In this document: positions 11,914-21,819 of the stretch, piece by piece
Layout: each line of letters opens with the position of its first letter
How positions within the stretch are numbered: position 1 is the stretch's first letter
Source: Dendrobates tinctorius
Taxonomy: Eukaryota
DNA: 64,000 nt
Direction of reading: 5' to 3'
Assembly: GCF_039654945.1 (NCBI RefSeq)
Contig: NW_027361688.1
Coordinates: 2,480,001-2,544,000 of the forward strand
The notes under the pieces: generated by a model
Told to the model about the DNA's origin: nothing
The model's input: only the letters and a program-made list of their open reading frames with translations
Database searches by the model: none
Translations under genes and position numbers: made by a program

Positions 11914-13965
11914 CTACGGTTTTGGTTCCTCACTGATCCCCCCTGAAAAAATATGTATAGAACCATCACATACATATATTGCAGCATGTAGAGGCTCGGA
12001 GAAGGCGGCAGTGAAGGTGTGTAAGTGTCTGATGGGGTCACAGAGCTCATAAAAGGACAACTGCCCGGCCTCATAATCCAGACATATCCTGAACCTATTA
12101 CTGGAGAACTGGTGACATAACGGGATCTCATTACTGTCATGTCTCGATGAGTACGGATTATTATACAGCAGCCCGGTCCCATAATCCAGACATATCCTGA
12201 CTCTATCACTGGAAGTTTGGTCAGGAATCTTGATCACTTTATTGCTATGTCTGACTGAATACTTATTATTATACCCCCGCCCTCCATATAAACACCAGGA
12301 CTTGTTATTATCTCCAATGTTTGACTGACATCTCCGGTCTACACTGGGGTAACACATCCCCACTCGCCACTCCCATGATCTACTGATCTTCACATCCCAG
12401 CAATGTCGTCCTGAGGTAAATCTCCTCCTGCTCATCACCTGATTGTACTGGAATCTCTCTGCTGTTTCTGGACAATTCTGTGTTATTTCTGTCCAGGTCG
12501 CAGTTTTCAGGTCACCGGATATAAGGAGATTATTACCAGCCGTGTTTACATCCAGTAATATGTCTGCAGGACCCTCCCCATAGATCTCTACTTTTCCAGT
12601 AGCCTTTACCTTCCCTCCAGCACCCACAGTCCTGACTATACCATCATCACCCCCATGTTTAATACCTGAGAATGACAAATCTTGCATGTGATGGAGCAGA
12701 GATTTGACCTTTGGGGGTTGTGGCCTCGTTTCTTTTGGTTTTGCAGGGGAGACAGTTTGTAGATAAGTCAGTATATCAGAGAAACCTGCATGTAATATCC
12801 CGGCAATCACATCCACATCTACACCATGAGTCTTATGTCCCCCTGTGTCCTCATCACCTCCATCATGTCCTCCTGTGTCCTCATCACCTCCATCATGTCC
12901 TCCTGTGTCCTCATCACCTCCATCATGTCCTCCTGTGTCCTCATCACCTCCATCTTGTCCCCCTGTGTCCTCATCACCTCCATCATGTCCTCCTGTGTCC
13001 TCATCACCTCCATCTTGTCCCCCTGTGTCCTCATCACCTTCCTCCTCCTCAGGATCACACAAGTCACCGGTGTCTGGTTCCTGTAGGACAGTCAGTGGAT
13101 CCGTCATGTTACACAGCTCCTCAATGTGTCTCATCTTCCTGGACAGCTCGTCCTTCTTTATTTCCAGCTGATGGATCAGAGCAGACAGTGACAGTGACAC
13201 TTGGTCTTCCCACCTGGAGATCTCACTCAGGACCTTCTTCTCCAGGTCGTCCACCCATCTCCTGATATCTATAAACAGGGCAGTGACGCTCTTGGCTTTT
13301 CCAGATGATTTTTCTTGAGCTTTTCTCCTGTGCTCCTCCAGACTCTGGACTCTTCTTTCAGTCTTTCCTCGGTTTTTGACCAGTTTCTGCAGAACATTTC
13401 TCAGTTTCTTCTTCTTCTTCTCAGACGCCTCATCCAGCATCTCCACCCGGTGTCCCCGATGTTTTCCAACCAAACTGCAGGAAGCACAGATACAAGCAGC
13501 GTCCTCAGTGCAGTAATATTCCAGGATCTTCTTATGGACAGAACATTTCCTGGTCTCCAGAGAAGTGCTGGGTTCTGTTAGGACGTGTTCTGGTCCTTTG
13601 CTGTGAACTCTCAAGTGTTTTTCACACAGAGAAGCCTCACACAGTAGACAGGATCTAACAGCAGGTACAGGAGAGTCCACACAGTAAGTGCAGCAGATCC
13701 CGGTGATCTCCTCCTGATGTGGCTGAGTAGACAGAAAACGTTCTGCGACGTTATTTAGAGCTATGTTCCTCTTCAGTGCAGGACGCTTCTTAAACTCCTC
13801 TCTACATTCAGGGCAGGAATAAAGTCTAGACCCTTCCTGAATATTCAGGACCTGATCAATACAGAACCGGCAGAAGTTGTGTCCACATTTCAGAGTCACA
13901 GGATCGGTATAAATGTTCAGACAGATGGAGCAGTCCAGTTCGTCACTCAGATCCATAGACGCCAT
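11914..13965 (-). CDS. TRIM E3 ubiquitin ligase copy B, intact, ~683 aa (RING, B-box1, B-box2, coiled coil, 7 acidic repeats, long linker, B30.2 with internal duplication)
   Basis: Uninterrupted ORF with C3HC4 RING CSIC..CGHNFC..C..CPEC, B-boxes, LLDVNTA PRY start and LDYEAGQLSFY SPRY motif. Start placed at GCCATGG (13965) by alignment with the paralogs. Confidence 0.93.
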   Translation of the reverse strand: MASMDLSDELDCSICLNIYTDPVTLKCGHNFCRFCIDQVLNIQEGSRLYSCPECREEFKKRPALKRNIALNNVAERFLSTQPHQEEITGICCTYCVDSPVPAVRSCLLCEASLCEKHLRVHSKGPEHVLTEPSTSLETRKCSVHKKILEYYCTEDAACICASCSLVGKHRGHRVEMLDEASEKKKKKLRNVLQKLVKNRGKTERRVQSLEEHRRKAQEKSSGKAKSVTALFIDIRRWVDDLEKKVLSEISRWEDQVSLSLSALIHQLEIKKDELSRKMRHIEELCNMTDPLTVLQEPDTGDLCDPEEEEGDEDTGGQDGGDEDTGGHDGGDEDTGGQDGGDEDTGGHDGGDEDTGGHDGGDEDTGGHDGGDEDTGGHKTHGVDVDVIAGILHAGFSDILTYLQTVSPAKPKETRPQPPKVKSLLHHMQDLSFSGIKHGGDDGIVRTVGAGGKVKATGKVEIYGEGPADILLDVNTAGNNLLISGDLKTATWTEITQNCPETAERFQYNQVMSRRRFTSGRHCWDVKISRSWEWRVGMCYPSVDRRCQSNIGDNNKSWCLYGGRGYNNKYSVRHSNKVIKIPDQTSSDRVRICLDYGTGLLYNNPYSSRHDSNEIPLCHQFSSNRFRICLDYEAGQLSFYELCDPIRHLHTFTAAFSEPLHAAIYVCDGSIHIFSGGISEEPKP
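12836..13040 (-). repeat. Coding 30-bp minisatellite (GGDEDTGGHD)x7 in TRIM copy B
   Basis: Tandem cctgtgtcctcatcacctccatcatgtcct units, in frame. Confidence 0.95.
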
Positions 13966-15197
13966 GGCTGAGAAAAGAAATGTGACCAATGTTACTGGCA
14001 GCAGGGTGTGCACCAGCATATTCGTTATCATTATAGACTTTGCTCTTTGGTTTCCTTCTGAGGGTAAACATGGCATCATGTTTTCCTTGTGGGCAGAGTT
14101 ATCACTTCCGTTTTATATCCTTAGATTCCAGATTGTGTAGTACTATTAGTGGTAGCATAACTACCGGGGGCCAGAGTCTGTGGTCACCCCAGGCCCCACT
14201 CAGAGGGGACCACCCCTAGCTACTACCACTCTTACCTGTATTGGCGTGCTCAATCCCTGCACTACCGCTCTGTTTTGTAGACTGCAGGATGGTTTAAGAC
14301 TGTGGTGTACAGAATGGCAGGGTGATGCACTGGGGAATGGCCATCATATGGTGTGGGGACTACTGTGGGGGCCATTATACACTGTGTGAGCTAATGCGGG
14401 GCCATTCACAAGTGTCGAGTACTGACTATAATGCTCATCAGAGCATTGACATCACTACCCAATGCCTGTAAATAGCTTTACTGCTATACACAGATGCCAT
14501 AGACAGAATCGGGGAATGTGGACTACTATATCGGACCTGCGTGGGGACATTTTGGATAACAATTGGGTGAACGAGGGACTGTCTATTGTCTTTATTTCTG
14601 TCTTTTCTATGTTTTTCAGTTATTCTTTTCAGAACTACATCGGTGGATTATTGTGGACCTGCATGGGATGTTTTTTGTTTTTCAATAAATTGATGAACGA
14701 TTGATAGTATGGGGGGAACCTTTATTCAAATAAAGTGTTTTTTTCTTTGTAAGTGTTTTATTTTTTATTACCGGGTTAGTAATGAGGGTTTAATAGACAC
14801 CCAGGGGTTGATGACAGCTGTGTTTTTTGACAAATCACACCTGTCATCAAACCACCATTACCATTAACTACCATTAATCTGATTGCCACCGCACCAGGGC
14901 AATTGGGAAGAGCCAGGCAAAGCGCTACAATTAATGCATCTAATGTTATGTGTCAATTGTGGGGTGGGCTGCAGGCTTGTATTTTTAGGCTGGGAAAGGC
15001 CCAATAACCAAAGACCTTCCAAGCCTGATAATATAAGCCCACCACTGTCTGTTTTACCTTGGCTGGTTATCAAAAATAAGTGGGACCCAACGTCTTTTCT
15101 TTCATTTATTAGGTTAATCCATGTTCAGTAAACTACACATGCACAGCACTAATTATCTCATGGATAGCTAGCTATCTACTCCATATTTATATATCTA

Positions 15198-16396
15198 CTA
15201 GCTGAAGAGCCCAGCGCTGCCTGGGCATAGTAACTAACTGTGGTTAGTTATAACAAATTATAATTATCCTCCATCCCATAGTCCCGTGCCCATATACCCA
15301 TCATGCATATCCTCCATCCCATAGTCGAATGCCCATATACCCATCACACATCCTCCATCCCATAGTCCCATGCCCATATACCCATCATACATATTCGCCA
15401 TCCCATAGTCTAATGCCCATATACCCATCACACATCCTTCATCTCATAGCCGCATGCCCATATACCCATCATACATATCCTCCATCCCATAGTCCCGTGC
15501 CCATAAACCCATCATACATATCCGCCATCCCATAGTCCCGTGCCCATAAACCCATCATACATATCCGCCATCCCATAGTCCCGTGCCCATAAACCCATCA
15601 TACACATCCTCCATCCCATAGTCCCATGCCCATATACCCATAACACATCCTCCATCCCATGGTCCCATGCCCATATACCCATCATACATATTTGCCATCC
15701 CATAGTCGAGTGCCCATATACCCATCACACATCCTTCATCTCATAGTCCCATCATACATATCCTCCATCCCATAGTCCCGTGCCCATATACCCATCATAC
15801 ATATCCGCCAACCCATAGTCCCGTGCCCATATACCCGTCATACATATCCTCCATCCCATAGTCCAGTGCCCATATACCCATCATACATATCCGCCATCCC
15901 ATAGTCCCGAGCCCATATACCCGTCATACATATCCTCCATCCCATAGTCCCGTGCCCCTATACCCATCATACATATCCGCCATCCCATAGTCCCGTGCCC
16001 ATATACCCGTCATACATATCCTCCATCCCATAGTCCAGTGCCCATATACCCATCACACATCCTCCATCCCATAGTCAACCATTATGTCATCATAATGAGC
16101 GGCGGGGCTTGCAGCCTATGATGACATCAGCGTCGCCATGGCAACCATTATGACATCATAATGAAGGGCGGGGCTTGATACACACACACTTTTTCCCCAT
16201 TATGTAGATAGGGGCAAAATTGTATGAATTGGAATGCGCGGGGTTAAAATTTTGCCTCACAACATAGCTTAGGACGCTCTCAGGGTCCAGACGTGTGACT
16301 GTGCCAAATTTTGTGGCTGTAGCTGCGACGGTGCGGATGCCAATCCCGGACATAAACACATACATACATACACACACATGAGCTTTATATATTAGA
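15198..16396 (-). mobile_element. Non-autonomous Helitron carrying a ~39-bp minisatellite (15265-16077)
   Basis: On the minus strand it starts A|TCTAATATATAAAGC and ends CTAG|T with a subterminal GC hairpin (cccagcgctgcctggg); no TSD. Confidence 0.75.
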
Positions 16397-16516
16397 TATC
16401 TTTGCACATACAATAACATACCAAAGAGAGACATAAACGCATGCTTCAAAAATGCATACAAAAATGAAAGGGGCAACACAAGTGAACTAAGGTGCGGAAT
16501 TCATGTGGAAATTGAG

Positions 16517-17321
16517 TGTCATGGCTCCAGTCTCTGCTTACCTCGCTGCGTGCTCCTCCCGGCGCGCTCCTTCTTTTCGGCGCGTCCCCGCGCCTGGCCT
16601 CCGGCTCCCTCGGCGTTGGGCACCTGCACACTGCTTGACACCCAGCGCACAGCCTCCTGGGTAGTGTGGCGCGCTGGCCCCGCCCCCAACATGGCGGCGC
16701 CCACTGCTACGTATGCTCAGCGTCTGGACAGGTAAGACGCCTGGTTATCAAATGCGGTGACGCTGTCTCGTGCGGCATTCACTGTGTTCTCAGGCCCCTT
16801 CTCCTTTGCCTCTGTCTGCGCTGTGCTTTTTGCCTCCGTGTTCCTCATCCTTGTCCTCTGCCTGTGCTGTCTCTGTCATTGCCCTCTGTGCTCTGTGTTC
16901 CGTGCCTCCCTGGTTCCTTCATCTTCCCTGTCCTGTTCCTGCCGCCTTCTAATCTCTCACCGTTACCTTCCTGTTGTTTGCCTTCCCTCTTGCCTTGTAC
17001 ATCATCGTGCTTCTTCTCTATTGCAGCCTCCAGTCCTTGTCTCCTCTGGCTCTCCGGTCCGGTGCCTTGCTACGTCTCTGTGTGTCCCGGTGTCCTACTA
17101 TTCGGATACGTCTGTGCCTCCTTACCCGTCTATTGCCCCAGTCACCCCTTTGGTTCCGGCTGTCGCGGTTCTATCCCCTGGGGGTCTGTCCCTAACGCTC
17201 CCTGTATAGGGGGTGGTCCTCACCTGGGCGCTCGCCCTTGGGGGCTATGGAGCCGTGACCCAGAGGGTCCACTTTCGGGTAAACCTTTACTTTCCTCTTT
17301 TGTACCAGTAACACCGTAACA
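16517..17321. mobile_element. Probable solo LTR
   Basis: TG...CA termini with short inverted ends tgtcatgg / ccgtaaca; 5-bp flanks ttgag / ctgag. Confidence 0.6.
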
Positions 17322-17786
17322 CTGAGCTGCGTGAAATCGCAAATGAGTGGTATATAAAACTTAACCTTTAATTAAAAGTAATTGCTGGAAAATCTGGTTT
17401 TGTTGAAAACTTTTGTGTCTCATTGAGGTTCAATAATGTCTATTTCTCCTCCACAAGAAGGAGTCTCAAGAAATGAATGGAGCTATCTGTTGTCTCCTTT
17501 TCCCATCTACTCAACAAACCAGGACTCTTGTAGCAGAATGGCGGTGATAGGGCGATCCATAGATTGCGAGGAACTATCCCTGCATTAATATAATTTTCCA
17601 GATTTTGAACCTCCCACCAGGACATGGTTTGGACCTTAAATGTTTTTGTTAATTCTTTAATAGCTGCTGTATAAGATGGTGTGTACCTCTTTTGTGCAAA
17701 CGTGCGGTCAAAAAAACCTCCTTAGCCTGTTATCCAATGATATGTATCGATACCAGTAGTCAAGAAACATGCCAACTCACAATTAT

Positions 17787-18760
17787 GACTATAAGATGCA
17801 CCTTTTTTTTCCCCAAAAGTTGGGAGGAAAATGCCGGTGAGTATTATAGTCCGAATGTAGCGTACAGGTGAAGGTAATGGAGCGGGGTCGCCCCTACAGG
17901 AAAATGGCAGTGGAAGTAATGGGGAGATGCGGGCTCTGGTTTGGTGGGCGGAGGGGGTGTCCTGGCGGTGTGAGGCAGGAGCCATTGCTCTTCCAGTGGT
18001 GGGCTTGAGGAAAATGTCAGCGATGCGAGGCAGGAGTGTAGTCCCCACTATGCACATTGATGTTCCGGCGGTGAGCTACCAGAAAATGGCACCTATGTGC
18101 ATATTTAGATCTCGGCTTAATGAGGCCACCCCTTCCAGGTAAGCTAAATTCGGATTATAAGATGGAACCCCATTTTCACATAGAAAGTTTTTTTCCTATT
18201 TTCCTCCTCAACATTTAGGGTGCATCTTATAGTCTGATGCGTCTTAGGCCTCTTTCACACTTCCGTTTTTTGTGATCACTTGAAATCCGCCAACGATGAA
18301 AAAAACGGATACGTTTCCTTTTTGGAACAAACGGATGCCAGCGGACTGTTTTTTGTACGGATCCGCCGAAGTTGCAAAGTGCAGGAAATTTAAAGGCACC
18401 GCCGTTTGGAAAAGGAGAAAGACATTTTACGCCGCTGCCAGAACGATATTCAGGGTTAAAATGCTCCTCTGAGCAAATCTTCCGGGCATGCGCACTTGCA
18501 AAAAGCGGACCATCGCTACAAAAAAACGTTTCAGAGTCCGTCTGCTCTGCCCGGGATCCGCAACAATTCAAACGGATTTACGGATCCGTCCAAAAACGGA
18601 TGCAACGGACGACCGTCAGTCAAAATCCGCCGCTAATGCAAGTCTATGGGGGAAAAAAACGGATCCGCCAAGGGGCGGATCCGTTTTTTTCTAAAACTGG
18701 CGGATTTTGACTGACGTCAAAAAACGGAAGAGTGAAACAGGCCTTATAGTCCTAAAATAC
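17787..18760. mobile_element. pogo/Tigger-like MITE remnant interrupted by a younger MITE
   Basis: Repeated gactataagatgcac / gtgcatcttatagtc motifs; the terminal gcgtcttatagtcc is split at TTA by the 18247-18743 insertion. Confidence 0.5.
18247..18743. mobile_element. Palindromic MITE with TWA TSD (PIF/Harbinger-like)
   Basis: TIRs ggcctctttcacacttccgttttt / aaaaacggaagagtgaaacaggcc; TTA on both sides. Confidence 0.85.
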
Positions 18761-20552
18761 ATTACTTTTCAGTGGTATCATTTTCTGCTTCACACGGCTA
18801 ATTACTTTTTTTCACACTTTTTTGAACGTGGAATGTACAAAATAACAATTCTGGATTTTTATCTTTTAAAGACTTTTCACAGTTTAATTTAACTGACATA
18901 TTAACATTATTTTGTGGGTCGATAACGTAATAATTCCTAATTTATATATATTTTTTTTGTTTTACTGCTCTCACACAAAAAAAATCCAAGATCCATGACT
19001 TTTTTTAAAATTTTTCCATAGAGTTGTATCAAGGTTTATTTTTTTTGCGTGACAAGCTAAAGTTTTCACTGCTGCCATTTTTGGGTACTTATAATTTATT
19101 TTTCATTCCAATAACATTTTAGTTTAAGGTTTTACATTTTCTTAAATGTTAAGGGGATGAATAATAATAGAATTAGAAGAAATGGGAGTGAATTATAGGT
19201 AGAATAGGGGAGGCGAGAATGGAGCAAGAGCAATATTAACCCCTTCCTGCCATCCGACGTACTATCCCGTCCACGGTACCCGGGCCCGTATGACCGGGGA
19301 CGGGATAGTACGTCGGTGCGATCATCGGCGCCCACGTGGTGAGCGCCGCTGATCGCGGCCGGGTGTCAGCTGATTATCACAGCTGACACCCGGCACAATG
19401 TGTCAGGGGCGGTCACGGACCGCCCCCGACATGTTAACCCCTTGCACACCGCGATCAAACACGATCGCGGTGTACCGGGGGTTAAAGGGAAGCATCGGCA
19501 GGGAGGGGGCTCCCTCTGTGCTTCCCTGAGCCCCCCACGGCAGCGCAATGTGCAGCGCTGCTGCAGGGGACTCCCTTCCTCCAGGCCCCCGAATCCAAGA
19601 TGGCGACGGGGGCCTTCGGGGGCCTGCGGAAGCTGGCTTCCTCAGTGCCTGCAAAGCGCAGGCATGAGGAAGCCTTCTGCAGTGCCTGTGTCAGATCGCT
19701 GATCTGTCACAGTGATCTGTGATGTGACAGATCAGCGATCTGTCAGAGGACAGTGATGTCCCACCTGGGACTAATTAATAAAGTAAAAAAAATAAATAAA
19801 AAAAAAGTGTAAAAATAATTAAAAAAAAAATCGCCAAATTAGAAAAAAAAAAAAAATAACGACCCGCCCTATAAAACTGTCCCATTAGTTAACCCCTTTA
19901 GCGAACCCCTTAAAAAATAAAAATAAAAAACGAAGCAAAAAATAATGATTTATTATCATACCGCCAAACAAAAAGTGTAATAACGCGCGATCAAAAAGAC
20001 GCATATAAATAGCCATGGTACCGCTGAAAACGTCATCTTGTCCCGCAAAAAACAAGCTGCCACACAGCATAATCAGCGAAAAAATAAAAAAGTTATAGCT
20101 CGCTGAATAAAGCGATGCAAAAATAATTATTTTTTATATAAAGTAGTTTTCATTGCATAAAACCGACAAAAACGTAAAAAACGACCTAAATGAGGTATCG
20201 CTGTAACCGTACTGACCCGAAGAATAAAACTACTTTATCAATTTTACCGCACGCGGAACGGTGTAAACGCACCCCCCAAAAGAAATTCATGAAACGCTGG
20301 TTTTTGTTCATTCTGCGTCCCAAAAATCGGAATAAAAAGCGATCAAGAAATTTCACGTGCCCGAAAATGGTACCAATAAAAACGTCAACTTGTCCCGCAA
20401 AAAATAAGACCTCACATGACTCGGTGGGTCAAAATACGGAAAAATTATAGCTCTCAATATGTGGTGATGCAAAAACTATTTTTACAATAAAAAGCGTCTT
20501 TTAGCGTGCGACAGCCGCCAAACATAAAAACCGCCATAAATAGTAAATCAAA

Positions 20553-21662
20553 CCCCGTTTCACATTTGCGTTTTTTAGCGCTGGAAAAACGCATACGTGC
20601 GCATGCGTTTTTCCCCTATATTTAACATGGGTGCGCATACCTGCGCGCTGGTAAGCGCATGTATGCGATTTTCATGCGCTGCGTTTTTTTGGGGTGTGCG
20701 TTTGTATTTTCCAGACGCAGCATGTTGCATTTTTTGGCCCTGCAAAAAAGCGCATGCGCACATATGCGCACGTTTTGCGCTAAAAATGGCCATTATAGCC
20801 TATGGATGCGCATACATGCGCACTGGCATGCTCATGTATGCGTTTTTTTGCACATGCGTTTTTTTTTGTTAACCATGGAATTTAGGGGTTTGGGTTAGAG
20901 TTAGTTAAGGGGGTTTAGGGTTAGGGTTAGGGTCAGGGTTAGGGTTGGGGTTAGGGTCAGGGTTAAGTATGGTTTGGTTAAGGGTCAGGGATAGGGTTGG
21001 GGTTAGGGTTAAGTATGGTTTGGTTAAGGGTTAGGGTCAGGGTTAGGGTTAAGTATGGTTTGGTTAAGGGTCAGGGTCAGGGTTAGGGTTGGGGTTAGGG
21101 TCAGGGTTAAGTATGGTTTGGTTAAGGGTTAGGGTCAGGGTTAGGGTTAAGTATGGTTTGGTTAAGGGTCAGGGTTAGGGTTAGGGTTAAGTATGGTTTG
21201 GTTAAGGGTTAGGGTTAAGTATGGTTTGGTTAAGGGTCAGGGTTAGGGTTGGGGTTAGGGTCAGGGTTAGGGTTAAGTATGGTTTGGTTAAGGGTCAGGG
21301 TCAGGGTTAGTTAGGGTTTGGGTTAAGTATGGTTTGGTTAAGGGTTAGGGTCAGGGTTAGGGTCAGGGTTAGTTAGGGTTTAGGGTTTGGGTTAGGGTTA
21401 AGTATGGTTTGGTTAAGGGTTAGGGTCAGGGTTAGGGTTAGGGTTAGTGTGAGGGGCCACCTAATGTTGGAAAAAAACGCAAACGCGGTAAAAACGCACT
21501 AAAAACGCATACAAATGCATAAAAACGCTGCGTTTTTTTCATGCATGCTCATAAAAATGCTTGAAAAAAAACGCAGCAGTTGTATGCTTTTGTATGCGTT
21601 TTTTCAATGCGTTTTTTTGCGGGAAAAACGCGCTGCAAAAAAAAGCAAGTGTGAAACTAGCC
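20553..21662. mobile_element. Nested MITE (ggc..tttcacac terminal family) containing a telomere-like array
   Basis: Left end ccccgtttcacatttgcgtttttt; right end aaaaagcaagtgtgaaactagcc|tta. Confidence 0.6.
20882..21447 (+). repeat. Interstitial telomere-like array (TTAGGG/TCAGGG/TTGGGG) punctuated by ttaagtatggtttggttaaggg; second short tract at 21716-21820
   Basis: Directly visible. Confidence 0.92.
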
Positions 21663-21819
21663 TTAGTTAGGGAAAAATAATAAAATTAAAAAAATGTATT
21701 TATTTCCATTTTTCCATTAGGGTTAGGGCTAGGGGTGTGTTGGGGTAGGGTTAGGGTAGGGTTAGGGCTAGGGTTAGGGCTAGGGTTAGGGGCGTGTTGG
21801 GGTTCGGGTTGGAGTTAGA

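Noticed and set aside
13966-14079. 38-aa hydrophobic N-terminal extension of TRIM B resembling a signal or TM segment
   Set aside because: Paralogs start at the MAS methionine with a good Kozak context; the extension is unconserved and overlaps an acceptor-like pyrimidine tract.
16666-17319. 217-aa and 150-aa ORFs
   Set aside because: Pyrimidine-rich low-complexity interior of a probable solo LTR.
20882-21447. True telomere or chromosome-fusion site
   Set aside because: Short, degenerate, single orientation and enclosed within transposon termini.
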